A DNA stretch of 64,000 nt from Trichosphaerium sp. ATCC 40318 (taxonomy: Eukaryota; Protista; Tubulinea). The translations under genes were made by a program, and so were the position numbers. The notes below the pieces were generated by a model. The model saw nothing but the letters and a program-made list of their open reading frames with translations, searched no databases and was not told the DNA's origin. The stretch's first letter is position 1; the number at the start of each line of letters is the position of its first letter. The stretch covers positions 420,724 through 484,723 of the forward strand of contig JALMLS010000344.1 of the NCBI GenBank assembly GCA_038496445.1, written 5' to 3'. Positions 35,330 to 48,158 of the stretch are shown here, one piece after another.

Positions 35330-38300
35330 CTTAGTACTCGCACCGAGAAGCTTGAGTATATCGCAATGAGTGCAGTTTTGTTTGGTCCTAGTACATTTTT
35401 TTTTCTTCATCGCCTTTATCACACATCGCTTTAGTGTACCGTATCGTTTGCAGGTCTCTACAGTGGCTTTTCTATGAGAGCACTAAGGCATAGTTTAGGA
35501 AGATAAGAAAAACGCAGATTGAGAAAAATTAAGATCTACAAAAATTTCGTTATCACGTTACGCACTGCATAGTATTGCCAGGCGTCATACGTGATATTGG
35601 CTTCATTACTTAAATGATCAATGACTTTTTGTGTTAAGCGGAAGTACCAAATTATACCCGAGAGACTGCTCTAATGAGTGAAAATGCCAAAAACAAACAA
35701 AAATCCTCGTACAATTGTAGAGCTCCCTTTGCTGTTGAAGCTCTTATTTTCTTGAGAATAACCTGTAACCAAGTGCGTTTTGGGAACCTATGCCAGTCGG
35801 TTAACGCCTGTATACCACGTGGTATTGCGTTACATAGCAAAATAAAATTAACACGTGCCACTGTGAAGCACCAGACAAATGAAAGTATTTTATTTCCAAG
35901 CCTTTAGTTCCAAGCAAAAGCCTACATAGAGTAAGGTATGAAAAAGGGGGAACAAATAACGTTGGTCGTACCTAAAATATTCCTTCTCGAACCCTGGTAT
36001 TTTCCCAGGACTATTCGCAAAGCTCAAAAAGTTGCATGCATTCATAACAAAGTTAAGAGATGTTTGATAATTATCGAAATCATTTGCTTCTATCCGAATT
36101 GATTTAATGTGCAATGCTATCACTTCTTGAATATTTAGAATGTTAGCCAAGTATGTTAAGCTTAGTCGTTTGTGCGTTGTTGAAACAAGTGTATTGCCAC
36201 CATTGTCGTAAAGTAACCATTTGGCTATGCTAAGAAAAAGCGTTACGATTTGCCCATCTAAACACTATATGCGAACTTTACTGTGACGGCTTCAAGTATA
36301 CTCGGTTCAGACATTATTTGCAATTGATCGAGTACTTCTAGAGCCAAGATACCTGAGCTACTCTGCAGTCGGTGAATGAGTTCCTTCCACATTGCCACGA
36401 GCGCTTTCTTTTCAATATCAATACATGATAATAGTGCTTCTAACTATTATTTAATACGATGCTGCCTTGTGCCATATATCGCACCTTGCGAGATTTGTTC
36501 TTTTGTAAAATACTTTAGAATGTGGTAAGCACAATCACCTCGTTTTATATCTGTCGAAGCTTGTGTTGTAAGTATTTTGTAAAATAAACGCAACAGCTCA
36601 GCTCCTTGTACATCCATACTTTTCAGTTTATCCAAGTTTTTAACTAACAACTATTATGCACAGTAAGTGAGTGTCCACACTGACTTGAAGTTTTGTAATG
36701 TACCTGTGGATTTTTTTCTTGCATATTCTTGAGCCAATCGCTGAACATTTCATCTATCCCGAGCTCTTTGAGGACTGTCTTTGTTGTAGAAAATGCTTGA
36801 CGTTTGTTTCTAAATACAAACAAGAAAAAGTCGTTTATCGTAGAAGCTGTACGCGTTGAGTCAGGGATAGGTTTAGCGCAAACGGTGTACGTACGGGACG
36901 CAGAAATCCAATTGTCACGTAAAATATTGCAAATGCGATCGTGTTGAGCACGTGGAAGAGTTGTATTTGGGCGGCTTAAAGTTGTTTGTGTTGAAGGCGA
37001 CAGCATGTCAACTAGGGTTAATGCCATGGAAGGTTGTTTGCATGAGACGGCAAGCATTTTGCCAATTGTCTGAATGACATTAATGGTTGGAAGCAAGGTT
37101 TAAGAGTACATACAATATCAAGCCCTTCGACAGGTGGATTAAAAAAATACTACAAAATGAATTTAGCAAAATAGATTATTGCAATGTTTTAACCTCTAGT
37201 AATCTCTTTGCAGTTTGCTGGGAACAATATTTATGTGGGTACACTTCTCCATTGCGGAATAGAATTGCAAGTGCCTACAAGGGGTGCTGTAAGTAGTGTT
37301 TGTTCATTTCCAACGTACCATAGCGTGATTGCCTCTAACCAGATTCCCTACTCTGACAGCTAACTCTTGTACTTCAAGTGTTTGCACCTAAATAAATATA
37401 TGTACAAGGAAGTCATACTAGGACACGTACATCATACAAAAACGCTAGACCAAATGCAAACTCTGCAGAAGCTGGGATGCTAACTTTATCTTCATCTGTC
37501 ATGATCTAGAGAAAGGTTAGGTAATCGAGAGGGCGCAAAATCTAGTATCCTCCTTACCAAACCAGTAATAAATCCGTCCAAATGTTTCTTTGTTTTGCAA
37601 ATACCGAGAATAAACTTCATCACCGCTGTTTTGTTTGAGAAAGCACCACTCCTCCGTTTACGTCTTACAGAAGACACAAAAGTTTCCCAAAAAGGGGATG
37701 CCTTCCAAAAAGGTAAAAATCAGGAATTTGTTTAATTTTTGATTATTTTTTCTTTTCAAAATCTCACCTTCACCTCGATCCTTCTTCTTGCTTTTGCAAA
37801 GTGCGAAAGAGGATCGTGGGTGTACACGACAATCGGCAAGTCTGTAAATTTCGCGTAGTTGAGAGCTGGTATACCAATGACGCTCAGTTTGACAATGTTG
37901 GGGCAGCTAAGAAAAAAAAAGATTATTAGTTTGATATTGTCTAAATACAACCCACCGCCTCGTACGCTGTTATGTTTATGCTTTTCAAGCTACACGAATA
38001 ATCGAGTATGATCGTTTTAACTGATGGTGACGCTACATCGAGTGCCACCAAGTTACCACACATCCTAAACAAAGGTTAATACATGTGCGTGTTGGTAAAA
38101 CAGATTGTTTAACTCGTTTGGATGACGACATGTGTCAAACAGTATTTAACGTACTTCGCAATGAAAGTCGCGAGGTTGACACACCCTTTAAATATGTGTG
38201 CGATGGATGATTGGGTTACCAAGTTGAACGAAACGTCCACTCTAACAAGCATCTATTTTTTTATTGTTTTGGTGAAAAAAGCAAGCGAATCAGGGTGGCA

Positions 38301-38618
38301 TAATCACTACAGCGAGCAGTGCCTTGTGCGTTGGAACAAAAAAAAAATTCAAAAGTGTGTGCGTACCTCTCTATTGAGCAACTCACGTCGTTTTATTTCA
38401 TCTGTGTCAATAACTCGTGGGTTAGCTTTGAGTTCCAGCGGTAAAACACCCAAACTTCTTGAATCTACATCACAGTTGATCTCTTCGCTAAGAAATAGTT
38501 TGTACGTACTAAAATTCCAGTCGGCAGATACACAAGCCAAGGATAATTTGTCATTTACCCCTAAGCTCTCAAAAACCATAGCTATTATCTCTATTGGCAG
38601 CTCGGTTAACGGATCCAT
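35330..38618 (-). CDS. F-box protein with a long helical/LRR-like C-terminal region (3' end approximate)
   Basis: N-terminal F-box MDPLTELPIEIIAMVFESLGVNDKLSLACVSADWN, followed by many minus-strand exons (e.g. 36644-37096, 36447-36650, 35890-36150). Confidence 0.6.
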
Positions 38619-38904
38619 GATATAAGCGCTCTAGAACAGCTAGCCTATAACTCTAGACCAATTGTACTAAATGATGCTTTTAGAATATTGTTCAAGTGCG
38701 AAGATTACCTCGAGTACGTACCGTGTGCAAAATTACGTGAGTAATTGTGGAAGTTAAGTTTTTTTTATTGAAAGAATCTTATTTTAGATAGAACAAACAC
38801 CTTTTTTGAACACGCACAAAATAATGCGTGGAGCGCTATTATTTTTACATTATAGTACAGCTAGTAATTTGATTCTTCATTTTACTTTTTACCCCCTTAG
38901 CTGC

Positions 38905-41183
38905 TCACAAGTACAGCTCTTTTGCGTTTTGTCGCTTGCGCCTTATCTCAGTTACGCGTCGGCTGAATTGCCAAACATCTATGTAGAAGGTCAGAGTACA
39001 AACAGAAAAGAAAACACTTACAATTGTTAATCTCTGCAATATTCGCTGAAGTCAACTCGCACTCTTCCTTGATAAACTTGAGACATGTGGTTGCCAACAC
39101 CATTTGAGCTTCACTCTGTTCGAAAGCCTCCAAAACTTCATTTGCCGCTGCTTCTACTCCCAAGGCAAGGCAACACTGCAATACAAAACACTCAGTACCC
39201 GCATGCATAAAGTGAGGATCAATGTTTGGTTTTAGTTTATCAGCTGCAGTCATGTATGTTTGGTATGCTGTCCATACTTTTTGTAACGCTAATCGACTCT
39301 TAGCGATGAAACCAAATAATTTGTGTACAAAGAAAAAGCGTACCATTCCTCACATTCTCTGGCGGCTTTGTTACTGAATCTTTATGTGACTCTCCAAAAT
39401 CTTTCATTAGTTTCGCCATATGCTTGAGCGCAATAAAATACAAGATAAAAGCTTCACTGTTAGAATCTTGCTCCACTTTAACATCGGCCAGTTGACCAAT
39501 TGAATTCATCAAAGCAAATCGTTCTAGTATGTCCTCAGCTAGTGCTTCCTGAAAGAGAAATTAATAATGGTAGACTTTCAAAAGTCATGCCTCATTTTTC
39601 TTTTGTTGTTCTTCTTCTGTGATGTAAATAAAATCATTTAGTGATAATCCTGGTGATCTATGAACAGCAGCATCTTGCAGAGGTGGATCAGAGTCCCTGC
39701 TTTGTGATAAATAAACTGACTGTGAGCGCTTGGGCCGATTTGTTGTTCCAATATATTGCTTCATCACTTTAGGTGGTTCACTTTGGGCTCTATGGAGTCC
39801 TCGCTGCGTTGGCCCTTGCCGCATCATTTCAAAATCTACAGAGTTGTCAAGAATTGCGGACAAGAGGAAAAATATTCTCTTGCTTAAATTCCACATAACG
39901 TGTACCTTGGTCTGAGTACTGCATCAAGTCGCTAAATGGCGCTTCCTCCTCTGCAACTGGCGGTACAACAATAAATGGATGTGTCAGGAATGCACTCCAT
40001 GGCATTCGCTCTCGGGCATGTAGCTTAAGTAGTCCTGATAATAGTGATATGGCATCTGCAGATAGCTTCATGTGAAGTTAGTTATTAGAAGCACAAGCAC
40101 TACGCACCTTGGGTTCAGGCTGTGGTCGGAATACGTATCTTTTGGACCTGCAAAATTCATTAAGCAGTTAGTCAGATATATTTCGGCATACGTTAATTGT
40201 GGGTCAGGTAGCGACCGCCAGACACCTTTGCCATACATCATTTTGTGGATAATGACACCTATATTGCCATGAATACTGTGTCATTGAGATGATAATTTGT
40301 AGACATACCAACTGACCACAAATCAGCCTTGGAAGTATATGGTTGGCCAAAGTGAATCTCAGGAGCCATGTATAGTCTAGAACCGCATTGTGTCTGGGCT
40401 AGAGCAGTTTCTGATTCGACCATACGCGCCAAACCTACCCGTGAGAATGTCAAGTTGTTGTGTCGGGTTGACGCTTCAGTACGCACCAAAATCGGCAATC
40501 TTTAAGCTTGGGAACTCTTTGTTGGTATCCAACAGTAGATCTTTGGGTTGTTAATAAAAAAGATAATGGTAAAAAATTGTGTTGAGGCAGTAAACTTACT
40601 TTCTGGTTTTAAATCTCTGTGAATGATGTTTTGCTCCTGTGGGATCGTTTAGTAAAAATAAACCGAGCGTAACAGGCGTACATTTACAAACCTCAAACCT
40701 TCTGCAAGCTGGTGTAAAAAGAACTTTGTAACGTCTTCAGATAAGCATGGCCCATAGCGTTTTAGGTACGTCTCCATTGTACCGCCAGCGCAATATTCCA
40801 TTACAAGGCATAATGCTTTTGTTTCTGGATGCTACGAGCAAATATTAACCGCACGAAAGAGCTTACGCGTAAAGAGAATGTAATCGAACGTTCCGCGAGC
40901 AATAAGATGATGTAGAATTCCATGATGGCTAAAAACGTACCCTTATGGTATCAAATAGTTTAACTATCCTGCTGTTGCCCATTTTCATTATTGCTATTTC
41001 ATTTTGCAATAATCGCCGCGCTTTTGCCGATTTTGTTTCGAAATCAAGCCTTATGATCTTTATAGCCACTGGAGTTTTAGTTTCCTTGTGTTCACCCAAC
41101 ACAACATCAGAGAAGCTACCACGCCCGATAACTTTGCCGTCAGAGCGGTACTCCCCTATTTCAAACGCTCGTACTTGCATCAT
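38905..41183 (-). CDS. ATG1: ATG1/ULK-family Ser/Thr kinase
   Basis: IGRGSFS, VAIK, VMEYCAGG, IIHRDLKPENLLL, KIADFGLAR, TQCGSRLYMAPE and KADLWSVG; C-terminal MIT-like EAFILYFIALKHM. Confidence 0.8.
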
Positions 41184-41558
41184 ATTAGTTGTTGTTTGTT
41201 GTACATGTTTTTTTCATTAAGCAAATTTCAGAGAGCCGAAAAGCATTGACGGATTTTGAGGGGTAGTATTGTATTTAGGTCTTCGCCTACTTGGACACCA
41301 ACAGGGTAGACACTCAACAACGAACTGAATGTACTTGTTTGGACTCTAAAGGTTGGTTGTTACCTGCGCAATCGGTTATTTAAAATGTGAGCTAGTCGAT
41401 CCTTGCATAGGGATAAAGAACTTTGGGTTGAAATCAGCGTTATTGTCAACATGTGCAACATCACATCGCGTTCTCTAGCGTGGGTTTTTGTGGTCACGTG
41501 ATAAACCAGAATTTGTCAATACTATTCCTTACTGCTTCACAATCTCTGTTTGAGAACA

Positions 41559-43191
41559 ATGTTTCGTGCGTATCGATTACTTTAGCAGAAGTTCGGTAAA
41601 TGTCCTAACCACTGCGCAGGAAAGAAAAAAAATACATCTTCCAAAGGAAAGAACAAAGAAGAAATAACTCTTATAAATTTGCCAGATGAGATAATTCAAA
41701 GGCTCAGTACGTTTTACAGACTGGCTTTTTTTTTCAACCAATCAATTACGTTGGTGAAACAGAAATTTTGTTTATTTGTTTTGTAAATATACAAAATTGG
41801 TTTCCTTGCGTGTAGAATTGCTACAAGACAAATCCGAAATTGTTTTGTTGGTAAAATTTGTTTATAACGCCCACGTGCTTTTGTGTAAATGGTCAACCGA
41901 CACCTCTAATTAATGCCTGCTTAGAGGACAAAACTGAGGCTGTTTGGAAAAAAAGCACTTTAGCCAATGCAGGTACGACGCCTTTACAACGCAAATCTAA
42001 CACGAGATTGGAAAAGGAACCTTGTTACAGGATTTTTTGCGTTTAACAAAAAATGTATCAATTGTGCGTTTTTCCCTTGAGGTCTAATGCAGCCATCTTA
42101 CGAGTTTGGATAGTATGACCACGAAGGAGACGTGCTAACAAAGTCTCTCAAACAAAGCAACTTTACCGGCACTAATTTATCACAAGCAGAAAAACAAAAG
42201 GAGTACGCACCTTAGCACCTTCATCCACAAACTAAAACCCAGTTTAAAAAAAAAAACAACCACCAAACATTTTGTAACTCGCTTCCTAAAGGTTTCGCCT
42301 ACATCGACGTGATATCTTATGTACCTTTTGTATTCTACTCGGTGTGCCCCAAGACACGGCAAGTCATCTATTATATTTCTAGTCATATTCGCTAATCACG
42401 GTGGGTTAGGTTGTACGCATCTTGGACATGTTCAAAATAAAATATCTCAAAATCAAAGAAAACGAGGATGAAGCTAAACATTTAGAGGACTTTTTTGCGA
42501 AGCACTTGGGTGATCATCCTAACAGCAACCGCGTTAGGAGGCTTATAGAGGGTAAGATAATGACATCATTTGTTTCTGCGTATCACGCGAGTCATAAATA
42601 AGCTTCTTTTTTGCCTAAGCTTCTGTAGGTTCCACAAATCAAGCGTTAGTAGCGCCAACGTTTGTGTACTTGAAATCTCTCGAGAATATGCTTTTTAAGG
42701 ATATTGGCGGAGAGTGGGTCATTGTGGTGACATTTGACAGCGACGGTTCGGTAATCGTCCGACACACCAAAAGAGGTAGGAACTCCCAGATTTGAACAAC
42801 AATCGTCATCATTATCTTACGTATTTGCTAGGTAAAGTGAGCGAAGATATGGTTGACCACAAGAAAAAGAAGATTCTCCTACAAACTTTCAGTTGGTATA
42901 CCTTTTTTATTTTACAACAAAGCTGACTTCCATTTTGGACTATTTTTTGATTCTTATCGTATTAGGAACGTTACATTTACTATGAATAAGGACATTACAG
43001 ATATGATCGGATTTAAAGTAGAGATTAAGTAAGAAACAACAGTTTTCTATCTTTTTCTTTCGTGAGTAGTTTTCTCATTTATTTCTTTTTCAAGGGATTT
43101 TACTTTTGGTGAAGGCGTTAGCAAAAAGCAACAGCACGACTCTCTTCAAGAATTTGCTTCGATTGTTCAAACAGTAGCGCCACAAGGTTAA
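41559..43191 (+). CDS. Multi-exon hypothetical protein with an F-box-like N-terminal motif
   Basis: ITLINLPDEIIQRL near the start and plausible GT-AG exons to TAA 43189-43191. This could be more than one gene. Confidence 0.35.
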
Positions 43192-43517
43192 TGTAGATAG
43201 AAACACTTTCAACCACTGTATTTAAACTGAAATAAACAAAAAAAATAAAACCTTTGATCAACTACAAACCAACGTTAAAAAAAAATACATGCACCTTCCT
43301 CTTTCGTTTGAATAAATATGTAATAGCTTAACTCGATCATTCCAAGCTGTATATCGTTTGGAAAAGTATGTGTAAGAATGATAAATTGGGGTACAGGTGT
43401 TTACAATATTTTGGCGCAGATTTTCTCAAGAATTTTACTGCAACGATTGATCGAAAAAAGAGTTGAATTTCATCTGTCATAAAATCTACAAACCAACAAG
43501 CAACAAAGCAAGACAAG

Positions 43518-44286
43518 ATGGCAGTCGTAGGAGGAGTAGCAGCATCTAACGCATTCTTTGGGTTCATGGGAGCTTCAGCAGCTCTTGCATTTACAAGTAC
43601 GTTTTGTGTTGATCAGGAATAGCTCTTGATAACACGTTTCAAAGGTATCGGCGCAGCCTACGGTATGGCGAGGTCAGGTGTTTCTGTAGCAACAACTGCC
43701 GTTTTGAATCCAAAAGGCGCCACTAGAAGTTTAGTGCCAGTTATCATGGCCGGTGTTATAAGTATCTATGGATTGATCATTGCAATTATCATTACTACTA
43801 CACGTACATAACAGTTTTTCAATACAAATCCATTTTTGGGGTTTTGGTTTTTTTTTTTCTCGCGCTTTTCGAATGAAAATAGTATCGAAAAAATTGCCTT
43901 TGTTTTTTTTTTTTTTGCCTTTGGCTAACACCATTTAGTACCTAACAGTGAAACATTCGACGCTTTCAAAGCATTCTCAAGATTAGCGGCTGGATTGTGT
44001 GTAGGCATACCCGGTTTAGCTGCAGGTATTGCAATTGGTATTATCGGAGATGCAGGTGTCCGCGCTAACGTACGTACTACGCTCTGTACTCTTTGGCCGC
44101 ACGTGGTGAAAGAATAGACAACCATTTCTTTACTTGACATTAACAATTATTCAAAGTACTAATGAACCACTTTAGGCTCACCAACCACGAGTGTTTGTAT
44201 CCATGATTTTGATGCTCATTTTCGCAGAGGCTCTCGCATTGTTCGGATTGATCATTGCCATCATAATGGCAACCAAAGCACAATAA
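43518..44286 (+). CDS. ATP6V0C: V-ATPase proteolipid subunit c (16 kDa), divergent
   Basis: [74 protein letters not shown] (conserved Glu present). Confidence 0.93.
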
Positions 44287-44391
44287 GCAATTTTAAGGTA
44301 GCTCAAGTGTACAAATAAACAAAACTTCAAGAATTTATGATTACAATGTGTCAGGGTTTTGACTGACAAGAAAAAAGAACCAAAAAGGTGG

Positions 44392-44780
44392 TTAGGTTTT
44401 GACTACGATGCCATGTTTCGCTAGAGCTTTTTTCGCTTGCTCAATCTCCTAACAGCGCATCAGAATAAAACATTAATATTTTTTTGGCGACCTTTTTGAG
44501 CGAAATAGCCTCTGCTTTGCATTCAGGGAAGAACATGAGTCTGTAGCCGATTATAAACAAAGAATAACTACCAAACCACATCAACGCCATCCATGGTACC
44601 TGAGGACGCGTAAATATGCGAAATAAGCAAACATTGTTTTTATTGGCGTACAATTTCAGGTTCTACGACTTGCAAAAGCCTAGGTTGCATTTCACGCGGT
44701 AAAATAACGTCCCATGATGGTAAAAAGCCAACGGCAATGAACACTGACACGAAAGTGATGACTGTTAATGCGCGCTTCAT
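44392..44780 (-). CDS. DPM3: Dolichol-phosphate mannosyltransferase subunit 3
   Basis: Two TM segments, then PWMALMWFGSYSLFIIGYRLMFFPECKAEAISLKKEIEQAKKALAKHG; 3 exons. Confidence 0.85.
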
Positions 44781-44990
44781 TATTTTTGTACAAAATAGAG
44801 CTTGAGTGCTGAGTCAGCAACCAATGACACAAAGAAGAAAGTGGTGGTAGTCAAGCGCAGTGCTATGCGTCAGAAAAAAAAAACCCCAAAAAACACGGCG
44901 TTTTACCAAGTGCTGAAAATAAGCGACTTCACTTCAAGTTTTCGCGTAAACTAACAGGCGACGCGTCGACAACACTCCACCAACATAATC

Positions 44991-45899
44991 ATGTCTGATA
45001 GGTACTCGCAAATTATTGTTTTGTTTACGTATTAAATACCCGCCAGCGTAAAAAATAATAGCACTGAACCTCTTGCCTTCTTACAAGGTAAGGTTGTGCG
45101 AGGGTTTGGTCGTGGGGGAAAGCAGTTGGGCTTCCCAACAGCTAATCTTGATGAGCAGTGCGTCAAGCGACACAACGACCTCGAAACTGGTACGGAAAAA
45201 ACCTCAACGTGATTACACGTAAATTTATCAACATTTCAAGGCGTTTATTGGGGATTTTGTCGTGTAAACTCTCAAACAGTGGAACACATGGTCATGAGCG
45301 TAGGGTGGAACCCACAGTTCGAAAACAAAGAAAAATCTATTGAAGTTCACGTACTCAAAAAATACCCAGAGGTAAACAACGTTTTTTTATTGTATTCACA
45401 CGCTTGCCTTGTTGCACAGGTGCTGTAGCGTCTTTGTTGCAGCAAATTATTTTTTTCTGTTTGTTAAAATACGCTTCTTCCTTTTGTGAGTGCACATAGC
45501 ATTAAATTGAGGAAAGCGCCATAACGGACAAGGGTCGCGGCGAAACCTTAAGCCGAGGCAATTTCGGTTGCGACCACAGTAGCATTTCACCAGAAACTAC
45601 TAAACCTTAGCGCTATTTTTTTTTTATCTTTCAGTGAACTCATTTTGACACATTGCCTCTTTTTTACTTGCAGTTCTGTTTATTTTATACAATTTTAGGA
45701 TTTTTATGGCGAAACGCTGCGTGTATTGGTACTTGGTTATATCAGAGAAATGACCAAATTTACAAACCTGCAAGGCCTTATTGACGCCATAAATGGTGAC
45801 ATTGCCTTTGCAAAAAATGCCTTGTTGAAACCTACGTCTCAGCAATGGCTAGCATACGAGGCATTGTGCAAACCTTTATCAGCACCAGAAACCTCATGA
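44991..45899 (+). CDS. RFK: Riboflavin kinase
   Basis: [55 protein letters not shown] and LIDAINGDI. Confidence 0.95.
45421..45581 (+). ncRNA. Candidate structured intronic RNA (H/ACA-like) in the RFK intron
   Basis: Hairpins at 45421-45444, 45472-45518 and 45533-45575 with ACA at 45576-45578, in an unusually long (327-nt) intron. No clean ANANNA H box. Confidence 0.3.
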
Positions 45900-45919
45900 T
45901 GTCGATTCTGGGCCATGCA

Positions 45920-48010
45920 TCAATTCTGGGGTGGCTGTAATGTGGAAACACTTTTAAAATAATCTTTAAATGCGTCAAAAGGTTGCACTTTCTCTAGGCT
46001 TGATTCTGGTGCGTGGTAGACTATGGAGGGCGATCTGGCAAACATTTTCTTGCAAGCTGCGATGATGTCCTCATTTGTGACGGCATCTATGCGCTCACGG
46101 AATTCTCTTGCATTGTAGTACTTACCAAATTCTATCAACTAAACAATCCCATCAAAATGTAAATAAATCATAAAATAAATAAATATATCGACAAAAAAAA
46201 ACCCCTCCAAGCCATCAATAACCAAGTTATTACCTGACGACCTAAGTCTTCAAAAAGTACTGCTCTGGATTCCAGTTCCATGAACAAGAAAGATTTTAAC
46301 TGGTTCTTGGCCCTAACAAGTTCTTCATTGGAAACGCCGTAAACGAGCGGTCCTAGCTTTTCTGCAATAATAACGGACAAGTTAGGCAACTTATTTGCCG
46401 CTCGCCTGGACGCTGCATGTATACCGTAGAGCCCAACATCAGAGTATCTAGTTAATTTATGTCAACACAGTTGTTTGTGAACCATGTCATTTAACGTACC
46501 CGATGTGGAAAGATTCAGCCTTTTCTATGTACGATTCAAGGTGTAGCACTGTCCTGAACAAGCGACTCTTAATTCCTTTTCCAGGACCTCCAGAGGAGAA
46601 GGAGTCACCACCGCCCATCAATTGATTCAATACAGCAAGTGTGAAGAAATCATCACTCTTGAAGCCGTCAGTAGGAAACCCAATCAACACGTGATCCTTT
46701 GGTTGCTCTTCCTGTAATACATTTATTAGACGTTTGCGCTTTGTAAAAAGAAAGGGGCGCTAGTGTACCTGAGAGGAGAGCTCTTTTGGTTTGTCCTGTG
46801 CAATGATACATCGGTCGCCGCCTTTATAAACAGGTGCTCGATTATCGACGTCGTTCTCAGAATGCTCTGGTAGGTGGCCTAACAGTGGTTCAACCATGTT
46901 CGATAACTCATCTACGTCCATGCCAACACCTTAATTTTGTTTTAGTTTACGTTGCTACTTTCTTTTTTTTTTTTTTGTTGAGTCAAATACAGTACCTGCT
47001 ACAACAAGCTTGGAACCAACATAGCGCTCTTTCATAAATTTCAACAGGTCTTCTTTTGTTATCTTTGCTATTTGCTCAGGTTCTACATAAACAGCGTTGC
47101 CAATGGAGTCCTCAGGCCATGCAACTTTGTGTAACTCATCAGCTAAGAAACCTAGCCATACACGTTATGAGACAGCCAAAAGTACTCAAAAAAAAAAGTA
47201 TAACCTTGAGGATCTTCTGCTTTTTCTCCATGTTCATTATTTAATGCAGTTTTAGCGTCTTCCATGTCTTCATCCAAAAAATCTGGATTTGTGACAGTGT
47301 CTGAAATAATTTTTAACATTGACGGTACATCTTCTCTAGTAACTTTAAGAACTGAATAAAATGTGACACTTTTGTTTTTCAAAAAAAAAAGAGGGTAGTT
47401 AACTACGCGCATCTACATACCGTAATACCTCCGCTTGGTATACTAATACATCACGTGAAGAAGATGTTAGTACATTTGCTCCAGTATTTTCTATTTGCGT
47501 CATAACCTCTTTAGCACTTTGTCCTCCGTGTGACTAAGGTATGTAAGCGCTGGCAATGACTGGTGAGGTCGTTGTGGTTTTTTTTTTCTTTTTTTTTCAC
47601 ACTGTTCATAAAATGGCTCTAACCTTGAATGCGAGTCGCTCTAAGAGTCTAGTACAACCGTGGGTATCTTTTGTTTCGTAGCGTGCGCCTGCTTTGACAA
47701 ACAGACCTACAACTGGACACGCAGAAAACCCGGCGTCTGTGATTACTCTGAGGCCATTTTTTAGCGTGCGAACACCTCCTTCTAATTTTTCTGGCTCGTT
47801 TCCGACCATGTACTTGCTAGTGTCAAACTCGAGGTTCTGAGCTTGAAATCTGGACTTTACAGCTGCTTTTGGTCTGGTGGTGTGTTTTACATACTTAATA
47901 TCCTTAGGCGTGCCATCATCGTTGGTAGCCTTGCCCCAGAACGTTCTTTTAACCGTTCGTGGGCTGTGTGAGCGTCTGTATCGTGTAGCTGCTTTAGTGA
48001 TGCGTTGCAT
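45920..48010 (-). CDS. PMPCA: Mitochondrial processing peptidase alpha subunit
   Basis: Presequence; TLKNGLRV...VGLFVKAGARYE...GCTRLLERLAF; Gly-rich loop MGGGDSFSSGGPGKGIKSRL; ELVRAKNQLKS...LESR...EDLGRQ. Confidence 0.92.
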
Positions 48011-48158
48011 TGTGTAAATCCTATTGTTTGAATATTGCCTCGCGTTGGGTTACTCCGTAGGTGAGTTTGCAAAAACAATCAAAGTACAAAAAAAAAAAAA
48101 AATGAAGTCAAGTTTTTTACTAAGTCACTACAATCAGAAGTCACAATTGTAACATAAA

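Noticed and set aside
41493-41501. GTCACGTGA (CLEAR/E-box-like) upstream of ATG1
   Set aside because: TCACGTG also occurs in introns and exons (e.g. ~3109, ~3414, ~4822, ~23829), so a regulatory role cannot be supported.
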